Virus record (IMG/VR): IMGVR_UViG_3300009157_000023
Location: 1-55,538 of that record
Direction: 5' to 3' (one strand)
DNA from: a virus
Lineage: Duplodnaviria > Caudoviricetes
DNA: 55,538 bases
Below the pieces are notes generated by a model. It did not search any database, was not told the DNA's origin, and worked only from the letters and a program-made list of their open reading frames with translations. Made by a program: the position numbers and the translations under genes. Shown one piece after another: positions 19,030 through 29,126 of the stretch (its first letter is position 1; each line of letters opens with the position of its first letter).

Positions 19030-19227
19030 ATGCCGCTCGATAAACAAAGCGAAGCCAAAGAAGCCCTTGAGATCATAAACGACCTGGAATTTTATTCATC
19101 CCGGCTTTCTGATTGGGAGATAACTTTTCTTGACTCTCTTAAAAGCCAGATCGGAGGCGGACGGAAACTGTTAACCGAAAACCAAACAAATCAACTGGAT
19201 CGAATTTACCAAAGAATAGCGAGGTAA
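19030..19227 (+). CDS. Hypothetical protein
   Basis: LSDWEITFLDSL..LTENQ motif. Confidence 0.55.
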   Translation: MPLDKQSEAKEALEIINDLEFYSSRLSDWEITFLDSLKSQIGGGRKLLTENQTNQLDRIYQRIAR

Positions 19228-19231
19228 CAAA

Positions 19232-19795
19232 ATGAAGAAACTTGCACTGCTTTTTATCGCCCTAGCCCTGTTTGCTTGCGGCCCAAAACCCAAACTGCTC
19301 AAGGTTATGAGTGATATTTCCAGGATCGAATCCGCACCATCTGTTTTGACTCAAACCTTCACTGTATCTCCGGGTGATCTGTTTAGGATGGATCTTGAGA
19401 TTACTACACCGGACACCTTCCACTCCGTAGGTTTCAACATCACCGTACCGGCCTGCCTTGCTGCGAAAACGGGAACCTTTACCCTGGGCGATGTTTTTAC
19501 CGATCAAAACCCCGATCCGGTGTGCAATTACTTCGTCGACCGGATTTATATCGCCGTCTCAGTAGACCCCGGCAAACCCGGCGCAACCGGCACAAAGTTG
19601 ATCGGAAGCCATGTCTTTACTGCGACCGGGCCCGGATCCGGCTTGATTGCACTAACCCAGGTAAAGGCGCTAAAGTATGATGATTCGCAGTTGGGATTTT
19701 CAGAATTCCAAACCACTGCTCAAAACATGGAAATAGTATTCGAGCAGGCGGTTATTAAATCGGCGGTGGTGACGGTCAAGATGATAAAGCTGTAG
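19232..19795 (+). CDS. Lipoprotein with cohesin-like beta-sandwich
   Basis: Lipobox LFA|C; VSPGDLFRMDLEI..SVGFNITVP..GDVF..GTKLIGSHVFTATGPGSGLIAL matches the cohesin strand pattern. Confidence 0.65.
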   Translation: MKKLALLFIALALFACGPKPKLLKVMSDISRIESAPSVLTQTFTVSPGDLFRMDLEITTPDTFHSVGFNITVPACLAAKTGTFTLGDVFTDQNPDPVCNYFVDRIYIAVSVDPGKPGATGTKLIGSHVFTATGPGSGLIALTQVKALKYDDSQLGFSEFQTTAQNMEIVFEQAVIKSAVVTVKMIKL

Positions 19796-19804
19796 GGGGG
19801 CGAA

Positions 19805-20137
19805 ATGAGCAAAATAACAAGAAGATTTTTCTGGGTGCTTATCAATATTTCATTTGCCATTGCTTTTTACGGTGGGTATTTCAAGGGCATAGAATGGCTT
19901 GCCAATATATTCAAGTTTTTCTTTTGGTTCAATGTCATTTCTACTATTTCCTGCTATTTGTCGGATGATGCAAAAAACAGGATGAGGGAAAAAGGGAGAG
20001 CTGTTCCGCGGTTTGTCACTATTTTTTATGACCTTTCTATAATAATCGTTCTTGCCGCACTGGGTAAATTTGTTCTCGCATCGTTCTGGATGTTGCAAAT
20101 GGGGGCGGAGCAAAGCATTTATGAAGGTACAAAATAA
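19805..20137 (+). CDS. Membrane protein
   Basis: 3-4 hydrophobic segments. Confidence 0.6.
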   Translation: MSKITRRFFWVLINISFAIAFYGGYFKGIEWLANIFKFFFWFNVISTISCYLSDDAKNRMREKGRAVPRFVTIFYDLSIIIVLAALGKFVLASFWMLQMGAEQSIYEGTK

Positions 20138-21008
20138 GGGACTGCAAAATGAAACTGATAGACAAACTTAAAAAACTTTGTGCAGATCACGAAGCCGCCT
20201 TTATTGGATTTGTAGACACATGGCTTATAGAGGAAGCTATCCATAAGTATGAACAGACCAGCGATTGGATTTCGATTTATACGGAAGCGGATTTACCGAA
20301 AGAGGCGGGTGATTATATTTGGCAGGTCAAAAAAAATGAATTGCACGAACATACCAGGATGGTTATTATGAAATTTAATAATGCAAGTCTTGACAAAGCA
20401 TATTTTCCCTCACGGTATTCCGCCTGGCAACCACTCCCAAAGCCATACATCCAAGACATGTGCCATCAGTGCGATTATTTCAATATGCCAAAAAACGGCG
20501 GGCATTGCTATATGTTTGAAGAGCGTTGCCCGGATTGCAAGATGTTCAAAGCAGGTGAGACCGAATAAATGAAATTCGCCAATCTCGAAACCTATCTCCG
20601 CCAATATGCCAGCGAAGAGATGAAAATCGATCTCGCCGTCCATATTGACGGCAATTATCTCGAGCATTCGAAAGAGGTAATTATCGCCTATTCCTCGCCT
20701 TTCCTGCATCACATTTCCGGCATATTCAACGCCGCCGGGATCCGGCGCCTGATCATCGTTTATGACAAAACCCGTGATTATCAACAGCAATCCTCGCAGT
20801 GGGGCGAAGGGGTATTAATTGAAGAATTTATCCATCTCAGGCAACAGGCTAAAGACGGCTTGGTCTGGTGGATCATCCGCTATGCCTGGCAGGCGATTTT
20901 CAAGGGCTATGAAAAGATAGATTACGAAGTAAAGGCGCGGGAAGCGGTTAAAAAGTATTTCGATGCAGTGAATGAAAGACGAAGCCAAATTATTTAGTAG
21001 GAGGGAAT

Positions 21009-21410
21009 ATGGACGAATTAAAGAGTTGCCCGCATTGCAAAGGAACAGATATTACATTAGTTTATTGCATGGCCCAATTTGGCAGAAACCCAGAAGCCTA
21101 TCAATTTGTTTGCGACAAATGTGGATTACAAAGCCCTCGCGGTGCCACAGAAGCAAATGCAAGGGATTTATGGAACGGGTTGCCGCGAGACAACAAGCCT
21201 AACTGGAAAGACGCGCCGGATTGGGCTAATTGGTTGGCACAGGACGAAAATTGTTTGTGGTGTTGGTTTGGGAAAAGACCGCAGCCGAACATAAATTATC
21301 AAAAGTGGCAACCGTCACTATCTATTTTTGATTATGAAAATATAACGCCAAAAATTATGTCTAATCCAGATTGGCAACAAACTCTTGAAAAGCGTCCGGA
21401 GTCTGTATGA
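21009..21410 (+). CDS. Lar-like zinc-finger protein plus APDWANWLAQD domain
   Basis: ELKSCPHCKG...CDKCG...ARDLWN. Confidence 0.65.
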   Translation: MDELKSCPHCKGTDITLVYCMAQFGRNPEAYQFVCDKCGLQSPRGATEANARDLWNGLPRDNKPNWKDAPDWANWLAQDENCLWCWFGKRPQPNINYQKWQPSLSIFDYENITPKIMSNPDWQQTLEKRPESV

Positions 21411-22225
21411 TTTGGCTGGTAGTGGTAATGGTACCTGGATTCCAATACAGGTATGAGCCGATGCTTTATCATCATGGGGCCATAGAGGCCTTGAAAAAAA
21501 GTATAAATGTCGAGAAATTAATAAAGGTTGAGGCCAAAGACAAGGAAGAGGCTATCATTATCGCCAAAAGACTTTATAAGCTAATAAGCACAAAAAACAA
21601 GACTGCAATCCACATTGAAAAAATAGAGAACGCATTAAAAGAAGCGAATTGCGTAAAAAAAAAGCCGCTGGTATTCTTGGTATGAACGAAACAACGTTAT
21701 TTTATTACCTGAAAAAGTACAAAATAGACACCCGTACAATGCTAGAAAGCCGGAAATGGGAATGTGATTATTATGGAATATATTGATGTTTGATCCATGC
21801 CCCAAAATAGACAATCAAATTTGTCCCGTCTGCGTTAAAGGCCTTTATTGCGGCCAGGCCACTACGCCGAACAAAATCAGCGACATGAAAAAGTGTCCGA
21901 TCAATAAAGAAAAACCAAAACAGGCAACCATCTACGATATTAACGAGGTAAAGAATGAGCTACGATAAGGTTTTAGCCGGTCTCAAGACACAGCCCCTGC
22001 AAAACGAAATAGAGGATTTGACAGACGAGATCCATGCCCTGAGAGAGGAATTGCGACAGTTGCTCGGATATCTTGGAGTGCCGGTTGTCATAGGCCCGGA
22101 AATACTGGAACATCCTCCTTCCAACGGCAACAATGGCGAAGCGGAATCACCTAATATCACAAGAGCCAGAAAGTGGCTGAGTGGGGAGAGCCAGGGCAGC
22201 GCACAAAAACCAGAAAAGGATTGAC

Positions 22226-22687
22226 ATGGAAACAAATTACCAGCTTATCAAAACAAAGCTTTTGAAAAAGAAAGCCAAAGCCGTAACCCAGGAAGATTTG
22301 CTTTATCCGGAAAGACTGAAACAGATCGTCCTTGACCTGTTCGGCCTTATGATAAACCACAAAGCCGCCGGCATAGCGGCAAATCAGTGTGGCATAAACC
22401 GGCAAATCTGTCTTATCCGCGACGGGCGCGGGGTGAAATTTCTCATTTTTATAAATCCGGTTATTGTCAAATCTACTCCGCAAACCGCAAGTAACATCGA
22501 AGTCTGTATGTCTTTCCCGGGTGACCGGCGCAGGATGGTTAGGGCCAAAGCCGTTACCGTACGCACCATGGATTTCACCGGCAAGTTTCGCAATATCAAG
22601 TTTCGCGGCAACCAGGCTGCAAGTGTGCAGCACGAAATCGATCACTTGAACGGCTTGACTATTCTGCGCGGGGAGAAAGTGAAATGA
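22226..22687 (+). CDS. def: Peptide deformylase
   Basis: AGIAANQCG, FINPVI, EVCMSFP, QHEIDHLNG. Confidence 0.88.
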   Translation: METNYQLIKTKLLKKKAKAVTQEDLLYPERLKQIVLDLFGLMINHKAAGIAANQCGINRQICLIRDGRGVKFLIFINPVIVKSTPQTASNIEVCMSFPGDRRRMVRAKAVTVRTMDFTGKFRNIKFRGNQAASVQHEIDHLNGLTILRGEKVK

Positions 22688-23648
22688 AAGGCTTTCACCA
22701 TCTTTACGCCGGGATCCTTGTTCTGCTTGTCGGATTCCTTTTGCTCTGGTCGCACAAAATCATCGCCGTTATCCTGATGGCAGCCGGGATGCTTGTGATG
22801 CTCGATGATATTCATCAACATATCATTCAGGTTTTCCTTGAACCGGAATACAGGAGTCCCCTACACCGGCTGTACGGCAAGTATCTGTGGAATATCCCGG
22901 CGGTCAAGTGGCTAAACAGGTTTGTAGATAGGCTGCTGGGTGCATAATGGTATTCGCTGATCTAAAAGAAATCACTAAACTTTGCCACTCCTGCAGGCGG
23001 CCGTTCAAGCTCCTGTACCATCCGGACCATCATAAGGTTGCGGTTGCTATGGAACTGGAGTGTCATAAGTGCTGCTTAAAGAAAATAAAGTTACTGAAAG
23101 TGCCGGAAGCGGCAAAATGTAATGTATGCGGTGGGAAAATAAAAGGACCAAGACCATGAAAAAAGCAAAGTATAGTTTTAGGGACAAAGGCGGAAATCTC
23201 TTTGTCAACTGCGCTGAATGCGAGAATGGCGGCAACGGAAGCGCAGAGGTAAAATGTACATACGGCTGGAACGTCAAGCGGGGCAGCGCAAACCTTGGCT
23301 GCTATAAGGGTGAATTGCGCAACGGGTTGGAGGTAAAATAGTGCGGACCAAATACGTCTTTATCCACTTTGCCGATCTTGGCCTTGATGAATCCGGTGTA
23401 CATCATATTTATAGTTGCCGCAACAATAAATCAGGCCACGAGCTGGGGAAAGTATTTTACTATGCACAATGGAAAATGTACGTTTACTTTCCCAATAATT
23501 CCGCGGTTTACAGCTTGTCTTGCCTGAAAGATATAGCGCAGTTTCTCAAGGACCTGCTGATTTCTTGCGAGCCGAATCTTTTCGCAAGCATAAAGGGATA
23601 AGCTGGTAAAAAACATTAAAAATGCAAGAATTTACTCTGATTTTTTGA

Positions 23649-23665
23649 TTATGGTATTATATTAA
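23649..23665 (+). promoter_or_regulatory. Putative late promoter motif upstream of the packaging operon
   Basis: TTATGGTATTATATTAA, 16/17 identical to 34799-34815. Confidence 0.5.
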
Positions 23666-23683
23666 TAAAAAAAGCAAGGCAAT

Positions 23684-24927
23684 ATGACAGAAAAAAATCA
23701 TCATAAAAAGCAGCCTATTGAGCAAGGCGCTTTTAGAAACAGGATCATAGGATATGGCAATGAACCTGTTGATCAGATACTTTTTAATCCGCTAAATTGG
23801 CGCATTCATCCAAAAGAACAGCAGGACGGATTAACTGGCGTGCTTGAGGAAATCGGCTGGGTGCAGAATATAGTCATAAATCGCACAACTGGGCACCTAG
23901 TCGATGGCCATTTGCGCGTACAACTTGCAGACCGCGCTGGTGAGAAAACTGTTCCTGTTACCTATGTCGAATTATCAGAATCAGAAGAAGCAATTATACT
24001 AGCAACTATCGATCCTATTGCAGTACTTGCCGCGACCGACAAGGAAAAGCTGGATGATCTTTTGCATTCGATTCATGCGGAGGATTCCAGGATTCAAGAG
24101 TTGATTTCAGGGATTGCTAAAGATAATGGGTTATATGAATTTAACGAAACCAAAGATGCCGAGCCGCAAATAGACAAGGCCGAGGAATTGCGGGCAAAAT
24201 GGGGAGTCGAAACAGGGCAGCTTTGGCAGCTTGGTGAGCATAGGATTATATGTGGGGATTGTACGGATAAGGTAGTGGTTGAAAAAGTTATGGGGGGGGC
24301 GACGGCAAACATAATGGTCACCGATCCTCCTTATGGAGTTGAATATGATCCATCGTGGCGCAAAAGAGCGGGAGTCAATTTAAACCAAAACAAACTAGGA
24401 AAAGTGACAAACGATAATATAGCCGATTGGTTACCTGCTTGGCAGCTTTTTAGCGGAAGCATAGCATATATTTGGCACGCCGGTAGGCGTACCAGTGAGG
24501 TGCAAGCATCTATTGAGAAAGCTGGATTTGAAATTGTTTGTCAAATAATATGGGCTAAAGATAGATTTGCATTGTCTCGAGGCGATTATCATTGGCAGCA
24601 CGAGCCTTGTTGGTATGCTGTAAGGAAAGGCTCAAACCATCAATGGCTTGGTGCAAGAGATCAGAAAACGCTGTGGAATATTCCAGCCAGAGAAGATGGC
24701 GGGCATGGCCATAGCACACAGAAACCGATTGAATGTATGGCGAGGCCGATAAAAACCATAGTAGTGATTTTGTTTATGAGCCTTTTTCCGGCTCTGGCAC
24801 CACTATAATCGCCTGTGAAAACCTAAACCGCAAGTGCCGGGCTGTTGAAATATCACCTGCTTACGTTGCTGTGGCAATTCAGCGGTGGGTTGATGTAACT
24901 GGAAAAGAACCGGTATTATTAAAGTAG
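23684..24927 (+). CDS. ParB-like domain fused to an adenine DNA methyltransferase, frameshifted near 24752
   Basis: NPLNWRIH, VDGHLR, TDPPY, HSTQKP in one frame; YEPFSGSGTT in the -1 frame. Confidence 0.85.
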
Positions 24928-24949
24928 TTGTTCATCTAACAGGTTCAAA

Positions 24950-25465
24950 ATGCACAACTCAATCAAAAGAATCAAAACCCAGGAACGCCGCAAATTCGTT
25001 CTTTTATTAAGAAAAAGCGGCGTTCATTACGATGAAATAGTAAATGCTGTTTATAATAAATTCAAGGTCGAGGATCTTCCGAAAGGCTACGATGAGCGGC
25101 AATGCTGCCAGGACGTACGCCGGGAGCTTAAAAAGCTGAATGAAGCGACCAAAGAGGAAACGGCAGAACTAAGGAGAATAAATAATGAGCGGCTTGATGA
25201 TCTTTTAATGACATATTTTAGCAAGGCAAAAAACGGTAATATAAAAGCAGCTGAGATTGTACTTAAGGTTTTAGATAGATATGGCAAATATAATCCGGGT
25301 CTTGATGTGCCTATTGCTGTTGCACCCACAGATCCAACAGGACAAAAAGAATTTGGAACAAGCAATATCGAAAAATTCCTTGCAGCTAACCCAGAGGCAA
25401 GAGAAGTATTATCAGACCTATTCGAAAAACTTGCTATCGATACAGGCGGGACTGGCAAGGACTGA
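24950..25465 (+). CDS. Terminase small subunit
   Basis: HTH-like N-terminus, RLDDL..KAKNGNIKA..VLKVLDR; immediately before terL. Confidence 0.7.
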   Translation: MHNSIKRIKTQERRKFVLLLRKSGVHYDEIVNAVYNKFKVEDLPKGYDERQCCQDVRRELKKLNEATKEETAELRRINNERLDDLLMTYFSKAKNGNIKAAEIVLKVLDRYGKYNPGLDVPIAVAPTDPTGQKEFGTSNIEKFLAANPEAREVLSDLFEKLAIDTGGTGKD

Positions 25466-26819
25466 TTATCTATTTTATTTAAAACTTGTTCATCATTATT
25501 CTTATAAGGTCTCTGCCCACAATAGATATATCGCAAACATCTGCCAGCGGATAGAAGCAGGGGAGTTAAAGAGGGTTATGTTTTTCCTTCCTCCAAGGCA
25601 TTCTAAGAGCATGTCAGTAAGCGAAACCTTTCCAAGCTGGTTTATCGGAAAGAACCCTGACCGCCGGGTGATAGAGGTAAGTTACGGGGATGCGCTGGCA
25701 AAAAGATTCGGCAGGCTCAACCGGCGCAAGATAGAAGAATTCGGAAAAGCTCTTTGGAATATCGAAACAAGCCATGATAATGCCTCTGTTACGGATTGGG
25801 GAATACATAAAAAAGACGGAGGCATGATTTCAGCCGGCATAGGCGCGGGGATTTCAGGCTTCGGGGCAGATCTGCTATTGCTCGATGATTTAATAAAAAA
25901 CAAACAAGAAGCGGATTCGATTACCTATCGGGATATGGTTTGGGGAGAATGGCAAAATACCTTAGTAACACGGCTGCACCCGAATGCAGCAATAATACTA
26001 ATTTTAACCCGCTGGCATGAGGATGATATTGCCGGAAGAATCCTGGCCACGGAAGCGGAAAAGTGGACGGTCGTAAAACTACCAGCGGTTGCAGAGGAAA
26101 ACGATTTATTAGGACGTAAATTAGGCGAACCGCTCTGGCCGGAACATGGCTTTGATCTTGCCTGGGCCATTGATAAGAAAAAAGAGGTCGGGACACAAAC
26201 CTGGAACGCCCTTTACCAGCAGCGGCCCTCCCCGCAAGAAGGCGGGATCTATAAGCGGCAATGGTGGAAGTACTACACGGTATTGCCGGCGGACCTTGAG
26301 GAAATCGTCCTCAGTATGGACGCGTCTTTTAAGGATGAAGCCGCGGCGAGCGGCGACGTTGATTATGTGGCTTTGCAGGCATGGGGACGGATCGGGGCAA
26401 ACAAGTTTTTGCTGGACCAGATAAGGGCCAAGATGAATTATCCGGATACCGTAAAGGCTTTTAGGAATTTCGCCTATAAATGGCAGAAAGCAAAGGCGAA
26501 GCTGATCGAGGACAAAGCCAATGGCCCGGCTATCATAGCGACCTTGAAAAACGAGATAGCGGGTATCATTGCGGTGGAACCGCAAGGCTCAAAATCCGCC
26601 CGCTATGCGGCATCCTCTCCCCAGGTCGAGGCGGGCAATGTGTATTTGCCGGATCCGGCTATCGCGCCATGGATCCACGATTTTGTGGAAGAGTTGGCAG
26701 ACGCGCCAAACGGGAAATATGACGACCAGGCCGATGCAGCAGCGCAGGCACTTTTGTACTTTGAACGGGAAAAGAAACAGGGCGGATCGGTTTCAAGTTT
26801 TACGACGCTAAGCATATAA
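25281..26819 (+). CDS. terL: Terminase large subunit (true start probably ~25431)
   Basis: LPPRHSKS, LLLDDLIK, TRWHEDD, LYQQRP, IEDKANG, DDQADA. Confidence 0.95.
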   Translation: MANIIRVLMCLLLLHPQIQQDKKNLEQAISKNSLQLTQRQEKYYQTYSKNLLSIQAGLARTDYLFYLKLVHHYSYKVSAHNRYIANICQRIEAGELKRVMFFLPPRHSKSMSVSETFPSWFIGKNPDRRVIEVSYGDALAKRFGRLNRRKIEEFGKALWNIETSHDNASVTDWGIHKKDGGMISAGIGAGISGFGADLLLLDDLIKNKQEADSITYRDMVWGEWQNTLVTRLHPNAAIILILTRWHEDDIAGRILATEAEKWTVVKLPAVAEENDLLGRKLGEPLWPEHGFDLAWAIDKKKEVGTQTWNALYQQRPSPQEGGIYKRQWWKYYTVLPADLEEIVLSMDASFKDEAAASGDVDYVALQAWGRIGANKFLLDQIRAKMNYPDTVKAFRNFAYKWQKAKAKLIEDKANGPAIIATLKNEIAGIIAVEPQGSKSARYAASSPQVEAGNVYLPDPAIAPWIHDFVEELADAPNGKYDDQADAAAQALLYFEREKKQGGSVSSFTTLSI

Positions 26820-26838
26820 ATATTGAAAGGGTTTTAAG

Positions 26839-28257
26839 ATGAACTATTTTAGCAATTTAATATCCGCAATCCTTGCGAAAAATCCCAACCGCGACAAAGT
26901 AACGTCCCTGGCAGACAGATCCAGCGAAAAGCCTGTTGAATCCCGGCTAACCACCGCTCCCGGCGAATTCGATATATTTCCCTCTAATTACGGCCGTAGC
27001 ACCATAGAGATGCCGACCGTGCAAAGCGGCTACTACTATGAGGTACGGGATGCCTGGCAGATGTATGCCAATGACGATCGGGTAAGGTCCACTATCGACA
27101 GTATAGCCGATGACGCGACTCAGGTCAATAGAAACGGTTTTCCTTTTGGCGTCAGCGTCAAACTGCAGAACGGCAACACCAATGCAAAGACAGAGGAGCT
27201 GGCAGGCTATATCCATAACGAGCTAAAGCGCCTGGAAATCTACAAGCGTTCATCGGATATGATTAAATTCGCTCTATTGGAAGGCTCCCGTTTTTACCGC
27301 ATAGTGACCGATACGCAGGCCTCCCAGGTGACAGAACTTCGTCATATCAAGGGACCGCGAAACGGCTATATTATGGTACGGCTTGAGGAAGAGCCCTTCA
27401 CCGGCTTTTATACGCAGTTTGATTTTTCTTCGCAAAAGATTGTAGCTGCTTTCTGGCCGTGGGAAGTGCTGAGGTTCGACTGGAATCTCCCGGATGAATC
27501 GGCTTACGGCATGGGGCTGTTTTCTTCGTCCAGGCCGAACTGGAAGAGGTTGGATAAAACGGAATCGGATTTGTATATCGCAAGGAAAACAAGGGCCTAT
27601 GCCCGTACCAACAGGGAATATCCCGGGGCGACTATTGAGCAGCTGAAAGAGCTTAAGGCTGATCACGACAACGCCGTGAAAAAGGCTGGGCCGATGTCAA
27701 TAGAATCGGACATTTTTACCACCGGCAAGGCCTCTGTGCTGGACACCTCAAATGCTGCTATCTATAGCATTGAAGATGTCGAATACGCACAGCGCAAGCT
27801 TTTTGCCTCAGGCCGCCGGCCTGTTTCGCTATTGGGCGGGTATGGCAAAGACGCGGTGAACCGGGCGGTATTGGATAGGCAGGAACACCGCTATATTTCC
27901 GGTTTCCTCTCAGGCGTGACGGAGATGTTTGACTCTGCCATGAAGCCTCTGCTTAATATCATGCTACTTGTAGGCGATTATTACGCGCCGGATTATCAGA
28001 TATCCTTTGAATGGACGAAAAAGAGCGTTGAGGATAAGAAGGCCATGGCCGAGATTATCAGGGACGGGGTAGACAGAAAAGCTGTGCCGCTATCTCTGTA
28101 TGCGATGCTATTCGATCTTGATCCAAAGGGAATACAGAAAGAGATTGAAGAGGATCAGGCCCGGCTTGCGGAATGGGAAGAAAAGTACGGGCCAAAATTC
28201 GAAAATCCGGGGTTTGTGGCGCCGGAGGGAAATAAACAAACTAAGATAGGAGAATAA
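26839..28257 (+). CDS. Portal protein, T4 gp20-like
   Basis: After terL; TIDSIADDAT, YGMGLFSSSRPNWKRLDKTESDLYIARKTRA resembles the gp20 motif. Confidence 0.8.
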   Translation: MNYFSNLISAILAKNPNRDKVTSLADRSSEKPVESRLTTAPGEFDIFPSNYGRSTIEMPTVQSGYYYEVRDAWQMYANDDRVRSTIDSIADDATQVNRNGFPFGVSVKLQNGNTNAKTEELAGYIHNELKRLEIYKRSSDMIKFALLEGSRFYRIVTDTQASQVTELRHIKGPRNGYIMVRLEEEPFTGFYTQFDFSSQKIVAAFWPWEVLRFDWNLPDESAYGMGLFSSSRPNWKRLDKTESDLYIARKTRAYARTNREYPGATIEQLKELKADHDNAVKKAGPMSIESDIFTTGKASVLDTSNAAIYSIEDVEYAQRKLFASGRRPVSLLGGYGKDAVNRAVLDRQEHRYISGFLSGVTEMFDSAMKPLLNIMLLVGDYYAPDYQISFEWTKKSVEDKKAMAEIIRDGVDRKAVPLSLYAMLFDLDPKGIQKEIEEDQARLAEWEEKYGPKFENPGFVAPEGNKQTKIGE

Positions 28258-29126
28258 TATGGCTGGCTCTTTCCATCATATAATTGATCCGCAAGACTTA
28301 TCGTTTAGAGGAACCGAGTTTATAGAAAACCTCGGAGATGCTTATGAAGCTTTAGAGGAATGCTACTATATGATAATGCACCTCACTAAAGGCAACAAGA
28401 AAACAATTTTCGAGGCATATCGAGACGGATATGCAAAGAAGAATAAACTACCTGCAGGAACTTATAAACAATATTGGCAATCAGAAGAAAAGTAAGGAGT
28501 TGCCATTCCGGAAGCAAAATAACAACAAACAGGAGCGAGTCATGGACCAAGCAGGCGAATTAAAATACTACTATTTAGATTTCGACAGAAACGAGCTTGT
28601 GGCGAAAGAAGAGGAATTGATAAAGAGGTATGATGCTGCCCCTCACAATTATTGTGCCTTTCCCTATTTCTCTAAGGGCTATGTTTTGATGGCTGCAAGC
28701 CGCAATGAAATTTCGCAGACTGTTGCAGAGATGAGGTTGAACGCTATTTTAAACAAACAGGAGCAATTATGAAAGTTAGAATCAAACCCGGCGCTGTAGT
28801 GGCGCGAGATTTGTCTGTTTTAACCTGGAAAGGCGATCCAACTGTTTTCGATGTCGAGCCGCACACTAGGGGCCGGTACAAGTGCGTTGCACATGGGTAC
28901 GGCTGTACGACTGATTGCGGCATTTATTACGGTGCCGGTCCGCTTTTGGTTCGCAAAGAGGACGTTATCGAAGTTACCGAAGATGAACAGGAGGCCCCTG
29001 CAGGAATAAGCTGGATAGAATCGGAAATGCACCGGCTGGAAAAACTGATAATTGATTTGTGCAAAAAGGTCGAAGACATAGACCGAATACAGTCGTCGCG
29101 CACAAGAACTAGAGCGAGCTAGAATA

